From positions 1-43,248 of IMG/VR virus record IMGVR_UViG_3300014167_000005: a stretch of DNA of 43,248 nucleotides; one strand, given 5' to 3'. The notes under the pieces were generated by a model. The model had not been told where the DNA came from and searched no databases. It worked only from the letters and a program-made list of their open reading frames with translations. The DNA comes from a virus (taxonomy: Duplodnaviria; Caudoviricetes). Below are positions 35,684 to 43,248 of the stretch, in pieces (position 1 is the first letter of the stretch; every line of letters starts with the position of its first letter). The position numbers and the translations under genes are program-made.

Positions 35684-36469
35684 ATGAAAACCTGGTTCCT
35701 CAAACACTTCACTCCACGTGTGGCTCTGGTAATTCCGTGGTTCGTGCTGGGCACCTTGCTGTGCTGGCCGGCGTTCGAGCTCGGTCTCCTGCTGCATGGG
35801 ACGCGCCCGGGCGTCACCAGCGCAGCATGGGCGGTTGAGTGGCTCACGGACTGCCGCAAGAACCGCGCGTGCCTGCCTTCCCAGACCCTTGCGACCGTAG
35901 GCACGATCAAGGCAGCGTCCGCGCAGAGCTACCAGGCCTCGCGGCAAATGCAACTCACGGCCGTGGAGGGCCTGGCGTTCCTCAAGGATGTTCATCGCGA
36001 CACGCACAGCGTGCTCGCCGAACTCCAGACCTCCGTCCATGAGACTGGCCTGCTGGTGCGCGACACGCGCCAGCGGCTGAACACCGCGCTCGACGACGCG
36101 GATCTGGCTGTGAAGTCCGGTAACCAGCTCCTCATCACGGCAAACTCGACGCTGCTGCCGCTCAACAATTCCCTCGACAACATCGACCGCTTGACCAAGC
36201 TGGCTGCCGACCAGCTCGCCGCCGGCTCACCGAAGGTCCAGCAGACCATGACCGATCTGGACCGGGCGGTGGACGACTTCGCCAAGCTGCTCGAGGACAA
36301 GAACATTCAGGCCACGATTGCCAACATCGCTGGCACGAGTGGACATCTCGATGGCGCCGCCGAGTCGATCGACGACGCTCTTCGCCCGTGGCGTCAACGC
36401 GCGGGCATGCTGAAAACCATTGTGAGCAAGGCGTTCGAGATGCTCAAGCTCACATTTCCCGTCCGTTAG
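35684..36469 (+). CDS. N-terminally membrane-anchored coiled-coil protein (spanin-like candidate)
   Basis: Hydrophobic N-terminus plus long heptad-rich helix, directly after the endolysin. Confidence 0.55.
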   Translation: MKTWFLKHFTPRVALVIPWFVLGTLLCWPAFELGLLLHGTRPGVTSAAWAVEWLTDCRKNRACLPSQTLATVGTIKAASAQSYQASRQMQLTAVEGLAFLKDVHRDTHSVLAELQTSVHETGLLVRDTRQRLNTALDDADLAVKSGNQLLITANSTLLPLNNSLDNIDRLTKLAADQLAAGSPKVQQTMTDLDRAVDDFAKLLEDKNIQATIANIAGTSGHLDGAAESIDDALRPWRQRAGMLKTIVSKAFEMLKLTFPVR

Positions 36470-36481
36470 GAGAACAAACAC

Positions 36482-36826
36482 ATGACTGTATTTCTGACTT
36501 GGCTCAAGCTCATCCCGACGATCCTTTCGACCGTCATGTCCACCATCGCCGCGCTCGAACAGGGCTTCGCGGAAGTTGCCAGCTCGACCGGCAACAGCGC
36601 CGCCCAGACCGGCGCGGCCAAACTCAGCATCGTCCAGACTGCGCTGCAGTCTCTCTATGCGACCGAACAGAGTATTGCTTCCGTCGTGCCGATCGACAAA
36701 CTCACCACGTACGTGACGTCCATCGCCAGCACGCTAGTCGACACCTTCAACAAGCTGGGCTGGTTCAAAAAGACCACCACGCCGGCAACTCCCGCCGCGC
36801 CTGTTGCAACCAGCGCTACGGCGTAA
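36482..36826 (+). CDS. Hypothetical amphipathic protein of the lysis module
   Basis: AGGAG RBS, 114 aa, amphipathic helices. Confidence 0.65.
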   Translation: MTVFLTWLKLIPTILSTVMSTIAALEQGFAEVASSTGNSAAQTGAAKLSIVQTALQSLYATEQSIASVVPIDKLTTYVTSIASTLVDTFNKLGWFKKTTTPATPAAPVATSATA

Positions 36827-36893
36827 GTGCTGCGGATCAGAAACGACCATGCAGATTGAGCGGGGCGTCCAGCCCCGCTCGGAAAGGTTAACG

Positions 36894-37142
36894 ATGAACA
36901 GCAACATGCATCTCTGGTTGCACGGCCTGCTGGCCGCAGTGCTCTCCGCGCTGGCGGACTCGGGCACTGTGGCGGTCGGAGCAGCGGTAGTCGCTCCGGA
37001 CTTCCTGCGGGATTCGCGCTTCTGGGAAGCGCTCGCCGGCATGCTCGTGTTTTCCGCTTTGAAGACCGTCTTTGCCTACCTGAAACAGAGCCCGTTGCCA
37101 GTGGATCCCTCCTGCGGCAATGCAGCGGGGAATGCCCGCTGA
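36894..37142 (+). CDS. Putative holin (two TM segments)
   Basis: WLHGLLAAVLSAL...VVAPDF...LAGMLVFSALKTVFAYLKQSPLP. GGAAAGG RBS. Confidence 0.55.
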   Translation: MNSNMHLWLHGLLAAVLSALADSGTVAVGAAVVAPDFLRDSRFWEALAGMLVFSALKTVFAYLKQSPLPVDPSCGNAAGNAR

Positions 37143-37425
37143 GGAGTCGTCGCGCGCTATCTGGCGGTCTGGGCCCGATCCTGCCTGTCCTTTCTGCGAT
37201 TGCCAATGCTCCATCCGGACCGATGCCTTCGGCACGTTGACCTGGCGCGGCTGCGTGCATGCGCGCGACGTAGTTGAGCAGAGCGAAGTCCTGGGGTTGA
37301 GCTTTCGAAACGAACATCACAAAGGAACTAACAGTGAGCGAAGCAGCACCGACAATCCAGGAGTTGTCCCGGCAGATGGCCTCACTCATCACGCAAATCG
37401 CGGGCCTGCAAAACAGTGTGAATGA
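37132..37425 (+). CDS. Possible small Cys-rich protein
   Basis: CPFC...C.H motif. Fills the gap but overlaps the next gene by about 90 nt. Confidence 0.25.
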   Translation: MPAEESSRAIWRSGPDPACPFCDCQCSIRTDAFGTLTWRGCVHARDVVEQSEVLGLSFRNEHHKGTNSERSSTDNPGVVPADGLTHHANRGPAKQCE

Positions 37426-37726
37426 GATCAAGGTCTCGGTGGAAAAACTGGCGGAGGGGCATACGAGCACGCGTGAGTTTCAAGCGGAGGCCCGGCGCCG
37501 GCTGGACGATTGCGCAGCAGACCGGCGCGACCTGTGGAGCAAGATCAATGACATTCGCGATCGCGAGCTAAAAGACCTTCGCGACAAGGTAGATGATGCC
37601 CGCGCGGAGGCCAGCACCGCAATCGATCGTACACAGTCTCTGTCGATGTGGCTCAGAGTCGCCTGCGCGGCGTACGGTGCCTTGCTGCTGGCGCTGTTCG
37701 TTGCCGTTCTGCGCAGCAAACAGTAG
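37334..37726 (+). CDS. Coiled-coil protein with C-terminal TM helix (XhlA/holin-like)
   Basis: AAAGGA RBS, heptad repeats then WLRVACAAYGALLLALFVAVL. Confidence 0.65.
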   Translation: MSEAAPTIQELSRQMASLITQIAGLQNSVNEIKVSVEKLAEGHTSTREFQAEARRRLDDCAADRRDLWSKINDIRDRELKDLRDKVDDARAEASTAIDRTQSLSMWLRVACAAYGALLLALFVAVLRSKQ

Positions 37727-37733
37727 AGGAATT

Positions 37734-40496
37734 ATGCCAAGATTCATACCTTTTCCAAAGTCGTTCATGGTGCTCTTGTTCTTGACTGGCGCGCTGTTCG
37801 CGCAGCCCACGTTGGTGACAGTCACCGGTCCCATCAACAACCCCAACGGCACGCCATGGTCGGGCCACATCACAGTCAGCAATCCTGGCGTCGTCTGCGG
37901 CGGCATCAAGATCCAGGCGTCCGCGCAGGACTACACGGTCACCAATGGCGTGAGCATTCCGGTGATTCAGCTCTATGCTTTGGCCTCGTGCACGCCTGGC
38001 TACGACTACAACGTGATCTATTACGGCCACGGCCGCGCGCCGGCTTTCTGGGCGATCCCGAGTATGCCGGCCATCACGACGGTTGCTGCGATCGAACGGA
38101 ACACACAGCTTCCGGCGTCGATGCAACTCAACTGGAACCAGATGCCTGCCGGTACCGCGGTGGGCCAGGTGCCCACTTGGGGCGGTGCGTCGTGGGCGCT
38201 GGCTATTCCGGCTGGCGGTGTCGGATCGGTTTCGTCTGTGTTCGGACGCTCCGGCGCCGTTACTGCGCAGGCGGGCGACTACACCACTGATCTGGTCACG
38301 GAAGGCGGAAACCTGTACTTCACGCCTGCGAGGGTCCAGACCGCGATGGCTGGGCTGTACCAGACGCCGTTGACTTGGTTCGGCTCCGGCATTTCCGGTG
38401 CGCTGGATCAGATCCTGGGGAGCGCGGCACAGAAACCCTCGAGCTACTTTCAGGCGGCGATCGCCGGTGCCCCGACGACCTGGCCGAGCTTCGCCATCGT
38501 CGCCACCAGCGGGAATTACAGCGATCTGAGCAACAAACCCACCATTCCTGCCGCGCAGGTGCAGAGCGACTGGAACGCTTCCACCGGCATGGGCGTGATC
38601 TTGAACAAGCCCACGATCCCGTCCACCACGGCGCAAATCGCAGAATCCGGGAATCTGTACTTCACTGCCGCTCGTGCGCAGAGTGCAATGGCCGGGCTCT
38701 ACCAGACGCCCGTCACCGGCGCGCCGAGCACGTGGCCGTCAACGTGGCCATGGGCGTCCCTGTCCGGCGTTCCCTCGTTCGCCGCGGTCGCAACCTCCGG
38801 CAGCTTTCTGGATCTCAGCAATAAGCCCGCGATCCCGGCTGCCCAAGTGCAATCTGACTGGAACGCTTCCAGCGGTTTGGGCGTGATCCTGAACAAGCCC
38901 ACGATCCCGACCACGACGGCGCAAATCACTGAATCCGGGAACCTGTACTTCACTGCTGCTCGCGTGCAAAGTGCGATGGCCGGGCTGTACCAGACGCCCA
39001 TCACCGGGGCGCCCAGCACGTGGCCCACCTTCGCCATTGTCGCGACGTCAGGCAGCTACAGCGATCTCAGCAACAAGCCCACGATCCCGGCAGCCCAGGT
39101 GCAGCCTGACTGGAACGCATCTACAGGGCTGGGCGTGATCCTGAACAAGCCCACGATTCCCACGACCACCGCGCAGATCACGGAGAGCGGAAACCTCTAC
39201 TTCACGGCGGCGCGCGCAGTGAGTGCGATGGCTGGACTTTACCAGGCTCCGATCACGGGTGCGCCGAGCACGTGGCCGGCAACGTGGCCATGGGCATCCC
39301 TGTCTGGTATCCCTTCGGCATTCGTGCCCTCCGCGCATGCCGCAAGCCACCAGTATGGTGGCTCCGATCCTGTGGCGATGGTGACGCCTGCGGCCAATGC
39401 AATCCCGATGGCTGGTAGCGGCGGGACGCTGGCGGCTGCGTGGATCCCCCTGCTCAATCAGAGCACCACCGGGAACGCGGCGACTGCCACCGCGTTGGCG
39501 ACTACACCGACGCCCTGTTCGGCGGGGTATGCCCCGACCGGCGTGGATGCCAAGGGCAATGCGACCGGCTGCGCGTCGCTGAGTGGCGGAAGCATGATCT
39601 ACCCTGGCGCCGGAATCCCAGTGTCCACCGGATCTGCCTGGGGAACGTCGCTGACCGCACCGACCGGGAGCTTCGCGGATACAGGCAAGAGCAACACGTG
39701 GGCGGCGGGCACGACCCAGACGTTCCAGGGAACGTCCGGAACGCAGGCACCAATCAACCTGCTGCCGCAGGTAAACGCCCCTGCTAGCCCGAACAGCGGT
39801 GATGTCTGGATAATCGATTCGAGCAGCCCGCAGATGCAGTACAGACGCGGCAGCGTCACGCTTTCATTGCTCAATACCAACAACTCGCAGACCATCACCG
39901 TAGCCCACAAACTCAGTAGTGGCACGGGCGGGGCCATCATAATGCAACCTGGAGCTGCTTACACGGGTTCATACGATGGCGGGATGAATCGCACCAACGC
40001 GCCATCGCACGGCTTTGGCGCTTCCAGCACACCGTCCATTCAGGAGATCTACGACCCCAACGGCGGCTCGGGACCGGGCAGCAGCAAGCTGGGCGTCATG
40101 CCGACATACTTCACGTCTGGGGAGTCCGGCAAGGCTGTGGCCGTCTCCGCGACGAACCTGTTCACCGCGCCTGGGTCAGCCGTGCAGCAGGTGTGGATCA
40201 TCACGGGCACGATCACGCCCGCCTCTACTTGGTCGTGCGGCTCCGGGACGGGCACGCTTGCGATGACGATTGCATGGACCGACGCGAGGGGCGCGAACAG
40301 CCTCAGCCCGATCAGCGTGGCAGCTACAAGCGTCTCGAATGCTGTTGCGAGCGGTACGGCGATGAATGGGAGCTACACCTTCCAGACCACCATCATCCAG
40401 AAATCGACCACGCCGGCGACCTACACTATTTCGATTCCAGTCAGTTGCACGACCGTCTCGTTTGACTACTTTGTATCCGCAGCGAGGATTGGATAA
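37734..40496 (+). CDS. 920-aa fibre-like repeat protein with predicted Sec signal peptide
   Basis: AGAGGA RBS before ATG 37734. MPRFIPFPKSFMVLLFLTGALFA|QP, then phage-fibre motifs VSSVFGRSGAVTAQAGDY, TE.GNLYFT.AR, VATSGSYSDLSNKP, QSDWN and HAASH..GGSDP. Confidence 0.8.
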   Translation: MPRFIPFPKSFMVLLFLTGALFAQPTLVTVTGPINNPNGTPWSGHITVSNPGVVCGGIKIQASAQDYTVTNGVSIPVIQLYALASCTPGYDYNVIYYGHGRAPAFWAIPSMPAITTVAAIERNTQLPASMQLNWNQMPAGTAVGQVPTWGGASWALAIPAGGVGSVSSVFGRSGAVTAQAGDYTTDLVTEGGNLYFTPARVQTAMAGLYQTPLTWFGSGISGALDQILGSAAQKPSSYFQAAIAGAPTTWPSFAIVATSGNYSDLSNKPTIPAAQVQSDWNASTGMGVILNKPTIPSTTAQIAESGNLYFTAARAQSAMAGLYQTPVTGAPSTWPSTWPWASLSGVPSFAAVATSGSFLDLSNKPAIPAAQVQSDWNASSGLGVILNKPTIPTTTAQITESGNLYFTAARVQSAMAGLYQTPITGAPSTWPTFAIVATSGSYSDLSNKPTIPAAQVQPDWNASTGLGVILNKPTIPTTTAQITESGNLYFTAARAVSAMAGLYQAPITGAPSTWPATWPWASLSGIPSAFVPSAHAASHQYGGSDPVAMVTPAANAIPMAGSGGTLAAAWIPLLNQSTTGNAATATALATTPTPCSAGYAPTGVDAKGNATGCASLSGGSMIYPGAGIPVSTGSAWGTSLTAPTGSFADTGKSNTWAAGTTQTFQGTSGTQAPINLLPQVNAPASPNSGDVWIIDSSSPQMQYRRGSVTLSLLNTNNSQTITVAHKLSSGTGGAIIMQPGAAYTGSYDGGMNRTNAPSHGFGASSTPSIQEIYDPNGGSGPGSSKLGVMPTYFTSGESGKAVAVSATNLFTAPGSAVQQVWIITGTITPASTWSCGSGTGTLAMTIAWTDARGANSLSPISVAATSVSNAVASGTAMNGSYTFQTTIIQKSTTPATYTISIPVSCTTVSFDYFVSAARIG
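38295..39310 (+). repeat. Modular intragenic tandem repeats
   Basis: GNLYFT codons at 38307, 38649, 38937, 39189 (spacings 342, 288, 252 nt). DLSNKP..QVQ.DWNA x3; WPWASLSG x2. Confidence 0.9.
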
Positions 40497-40499
40497 CTC

Positions 40500-40961
40500 A
40501 TGAAAAAACTAATCTTTATCGCACTGTTTGCTCTGCTCGCGCTGGCCGTTGCGAGCAGGTCTCAGACCACGTGGGTCGCACCCCAGACGACGCTGGCCGG
40601 CATCGCCACCAGTTCCGTGGTGGGCTCCCCACTCGTCACACCGCCAGACGCGAACCTGCACGTCTGGCTGATTTCCATCTCGCTCAAGGTCGTGACAGCG
40701 GCCGGCTGCACCGCAGGTTCGCTCTCCGCCCAGTTCGTCTGGACTGATCCGACGGGCTCAAACTCCTACACCGCGATCAGCATTCCGTTCGGGTCGCTTG
40801 CGGGCACGCCGGCGAGCGGATCGAGCCTGGGAAGTCAGTCCATCATCGGACCGCTGCTGCTGTTCACATCTACCACGGACCCGATCGTCGTCAACATGAC
40901 GACGCCGACGTGTTCGAGCTTTTCCTACGCCTATGCACTGAGCGCCAGCCAGTTGTATTAG
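40500..40961 (+). CDS. Secreted protein paralogous to the C-terminal domain of 37734-40496
   Basis: MKKLIFIALFALLALAVASRS|Q signal peptide. Shares VW(I/L)I...C..G.L....WTD..G.NS...IS...P....C...S..Y..SA pattern. Confidence 0.8.
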   Translation: MKKLIFIALFALLALAVASRSQTTWVAPQTTLAGIATSSVVGSPLVTPPDANLHVWLISISLKVVTAAGCTAGSLSAQFVWTDPTGSNSYTAISIPFGSLAGTPASGSSLGSQSIIGPLLLFTSTTDPIVVNMTTPTCSSFSYAYALSASQLY

Positions 40962-40983
40962 CGCGCAGCGCGGACATCCTGAA

Positions 40984-41021
40984 AGACAAAGAGCCCGGCG
41001 CCGATGCCGGGCTCTTTGTCT
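40984..41021. terminator. Bidirectional intrinsic terminator ending the late operon
   Basis: Perfect 16-bp stem AGACAAAGAGCCCGGC / GCCGGGCTCTTTGTCT between convergent genes. Confidence 0.85.
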
Positions 41022-41032
41022 GTCTCCGGACC

Positions 41033-41692
41033 CTACTTTTCAATCGTGTAGACCCTAGCCTTGTCGCTCTCCCGCCGCGTGCTCACGACATTGTAGCCGT
41101 GCTTGCTGCCCAGCGTGGAGATGAACCCGCGAACGGAATGTTTTCGCCAAAGCGTTGCGGCCATTAACTCTTCCAAAGTTGCGCCGCCCTCGCGTTCGAG
41201 TAGCGCCACCACAATCGCCTTGCGCGTTCCTTCGCGCTGCTTGGGCGCAGGCGCCTCGTCCTTGCTGGTGGCGTCCTTGGTTGCCTGCGGATTGGCCGGC
41301 GCCTTGGATGCGGCCGTGCGCGCAAGCTTGGCCGGTTTGGTCGCCTTCGTTGCACGCGTCATCTCCTGCTGCGCTCGGAGCATGTCCTGCTCCGCGATTC
41401 TCATCTCTTCCTCGAGCGCTTCACCGAGGCGCTGTGCAGCGGTCCAGATCCGCGCGATCGCCGTCTTGTGATCCGTGAACTTCTTCACCTCTTTGAGGTC
41501 TGCGTAGGGCGGCGCGCCCGCGAAGCTATTCCAAACCTGGACCATGCGGCTTGTAGGCCACGATGCTGTGGTTTCGCTGAGTTCCGCCTCCGTCGCAAAG
41601 GCTGCGCCGTTTGCTCTGGCTTCTTTGATGGCGGCGTCCTTGTCGGGATGCACTGCCAGGCTGTTTTCCGTGTTGATGCTGTATGTGGGCAT
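41033..41692 (-). CDS. DUF3489 domain protein
   Basis: C-terminal REGTRKAIVVALLEREGGATLEELMAATLWRKHSVRGFIS...RVY.I. AAGGA RBS before ATG 41692. Confidence 0.85.
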   Translation of the reverse strand: MPTYSINTENSLAVHPDKDAAIKEARANGAAFATEAELSETTASWPTSRMVQVWNSFAGAPPYADLKEVKKFTDHKTAIARIWTAAQRLGEALEEEMRIAEQDMLRAQQEMTRATKATKPAKLARTAASKAPANPQATKDATSKDEAPAPKQREGTRKAIVVALLEREGGATLEELMAATLWRKHSVRGFISTLGSKHGYNVVSTRRESDKARVYTIEK

Positions 41693-42613
41693 GTGATGTT
41701 CCTTGGTGCGATCAGGTTTGTTCCTGCGCACCACGATTCATCGCTCGGTCCAGCTGGAGGATCAAGTCAATTCGCGGTCCTGCATCGAGAACAATCTGAA
41801 GTGGAGTCGGGGCGTCGCGCAGGAAACACTGGCGACCGCCGGGCTGCTGATCCATTGCGGCGACGGCCCTGTGGGCTTGCAGTGCCCGCTGGTCGCTGAC
41901 GAAGCTGCGGTTGCTGAACTCCAAGAGCTTCTCAAACTTGCATTCGGCCGAAAAGGCACCCAGATCGTTTCGGCATTTTCGGAATAAACTGCAACACTTA
42001 GATCGGATATCCACCCCCCAGGAGTATTTCAGCTCTCTGATGAAACGATACAAGCATTATTGATTATTAATGTCGTTGTATCGGCAAAACACATGGGATA
42101 TATTCTACCTGCGAGAGCCTAAGAAGACCATTCACTCAGTACTCGCTTGGAGGTAAGCCAAGTCCAAATCTATTTATACCACCTGATCATTGTTCTAACT
42201 ATACGGGATGCACCCGGGTTCAAGCGTAAGGTATGCGCTCATGCTGTGCGGCACGGCGAGGGATGCTCGTCGTTTTGCCCATGAACAGCGCGGAGATTAT
42301 GCGCCTTCCGCGGTGTCTCTTGGACTACTGGCAGCCGAACAGAGCGAGCCCGGATGTCTCCACAAGGGCTGCGCACCATTCATCGACGTGACGCTTTACT
42401 GTCAGAAAGCGCTCGCTGTTGTAACTAGACTTCTTGATGGTAATTATTCACGATTTCAACGTCGTTATGCTTGTGTTTCGAATGTATGGCTACCACGCCG
42501 GAACTCGGGCTGAGAAATGACATGGGAAGAGAATCAGTTGGGCAAAGTCTGGGAGACCAGGGTCTCTGTAACTGCAGGGAGTAACTCGGAGTAGGACTGG
42601 GAGGAAGACCGAA

Positions 42614-43248
42614 GTGGCACCACGCTCACTTGTTCGCGGATCTCTTTACAGGATACTTTACTTGTGTGTCGCTTCTGCTCTGGCGCTCCACGCCCAGGGC
42701 GTCGATCCTGGGAAGCCGTCCAGAGAGTACATCCGCCTGGGAGACCGCGTGATCGCGATCGAGAATGCGGGTGAGTCCCCTCAGCCAATTACCGTTACCG
42801 TGAATCCGAACGCGGTCGCCATGAGTGCGGGGCAATCGCAGCAGTTCACCGCTGCAGTCAGCGCAACACCCAACACAAGCGTAACGTGGAGTCTCAATCC
42901 TGCCACCGGAAGTGGAACGATTGACCCAAATTCCGGACTGTACACCGCCCCAAGTACTGTCTCGGTCCTAAGCACAGTGATTGTAGTCGCCACCAGCGCC
43001 GCCAATCCGACGGTGACGGGCAACGCTACGATAACGCTCCTGCCTCCGGCCGGAGTGCTACCGAGCGGTTGGAGCAGCTACGCAATTGGGACGAGCCACA
43101 GCAGCACGGGGACGTACGCCAACGCGGTGTACACGCTGACCAACAACGCAGGTAGTTGGGGTGGGAGCACGGACAGCTTTGAGTTTGCGGCGCAGCCGAT
43201 GGTGGGCGACGGGACGATCGTAGCGCGGGTGGCGAGCGTGCAATCGAC
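42614..43248 (+). CDS. Secreted Ig-like (Big_2-type) repeat protein, probably host, runs off the window
   Basis: GGGAGGA RBS, GTG 42614, signal ...ALALHA|Q, REYIRLGDRVIAIEN, VTVNP...GQSQQFTA.V......VTWSL...G.I...GLYTAP, then LPSGW...GDGTIVARV. Frame open to the window end, so absent from the ORF track. Confidence 0.8.
   Translation, partial: MAPRSLVRGSLYRILYLCVASALALHAQGVDPGKPSREYIRLGDRVIAIENAGESPQPITVTVNPNAVAMSAGQSQQFTAAVSATPNTSVTWSLNPATGSGTIDPNSGLYTAPSTVSVLSTVIVVATSAANPTVTGNATITLLPPAGVLPSGWSSYAIGTSHSSTGTYANAVYTLTNNAGSWGGSTDSFEFAAQPMVGDGTIVARVASVQS

Larger units (their letters stand above)
1..41770 (+). mobile_element. Prophage (lambda-like head, P2-like contractile tail); left part outside window, right boundary approximate
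   Basis: Continuous co-oriented replication, packaging, head, tail and lysis genes in canonical order. No integrase, repressor or att pair visible in the window. Confidence 0.95.

Noticed and set aside
37593-37733. Longer N-terminus for the fibre-like gene (967 aa in the ORF track)
   Set aside because: Overlaps the upstream gene; the RBS and signal peptide point to ATG 37734.
38295-39310. CRISPR-like array
   Set aside because: Repeats are long, in-frame and coding, with no constant repeat/unique spacer pattern and no cas genes.
23084-40961. Diversity-generating retroelement or invertible fibre cassette
   Set aside because: No reverse transcriptase or invertase in the window, no TR/VR pair with adenine-specific differences seen, and the fibre repeats differ mainly at synonymous sites.
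41703-42513. ORFs 41703-41987, 41712-42053 and 42208-42513
   Set aside because: No recognisable motifs or RBS; probably non-coding or heavily decayed.

Overview
Almost the whole window (about 1-41.8 kb) is the replication tail-end and late region of a GC-rich temperate myovirus prophage. An Acidobacteria/Bryobacteraceae-like host is inferred from protein style only. Gene order: VapE-like helicase plus iteron origin, two ParB-fused DNA methyltransferases, a decayed accessory patch, a lambda-like cos/terminase/portal/S49 protease/decoration/capsid head module, a P2-like contractile tail (V, W, J, I, fibres, sheath, tube, frameshifting chaperone, tape measure, U, X, D), a GH24 endolysin with several membrane proteins, then DUF3489 and probable host DNA. 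Two loci stand out. (1) A lower-GC, antisense three-gene cassette sits between the capsid and head-tail joining genes: DUF5519/luciferase-like protein, catalytically intact CHAT caspase-like protease with a probable pYEATS domain, and a di-iron ferritin-like protein. It lies next to a decayed tRNA-Gly(CCC) 3' half (att-like scar) and is a candidate undescribed prophage-encoded defence/cell-death system. (2) Downstream of the lysis genes is a pair of signal-peptide-bearing proteins: a 920-aa tail-fibre-repeat protein and a free-standing paralogue of its C-terminal two-Cys domain. All family assignments are by eye from motifs and synteny; no searches were run.
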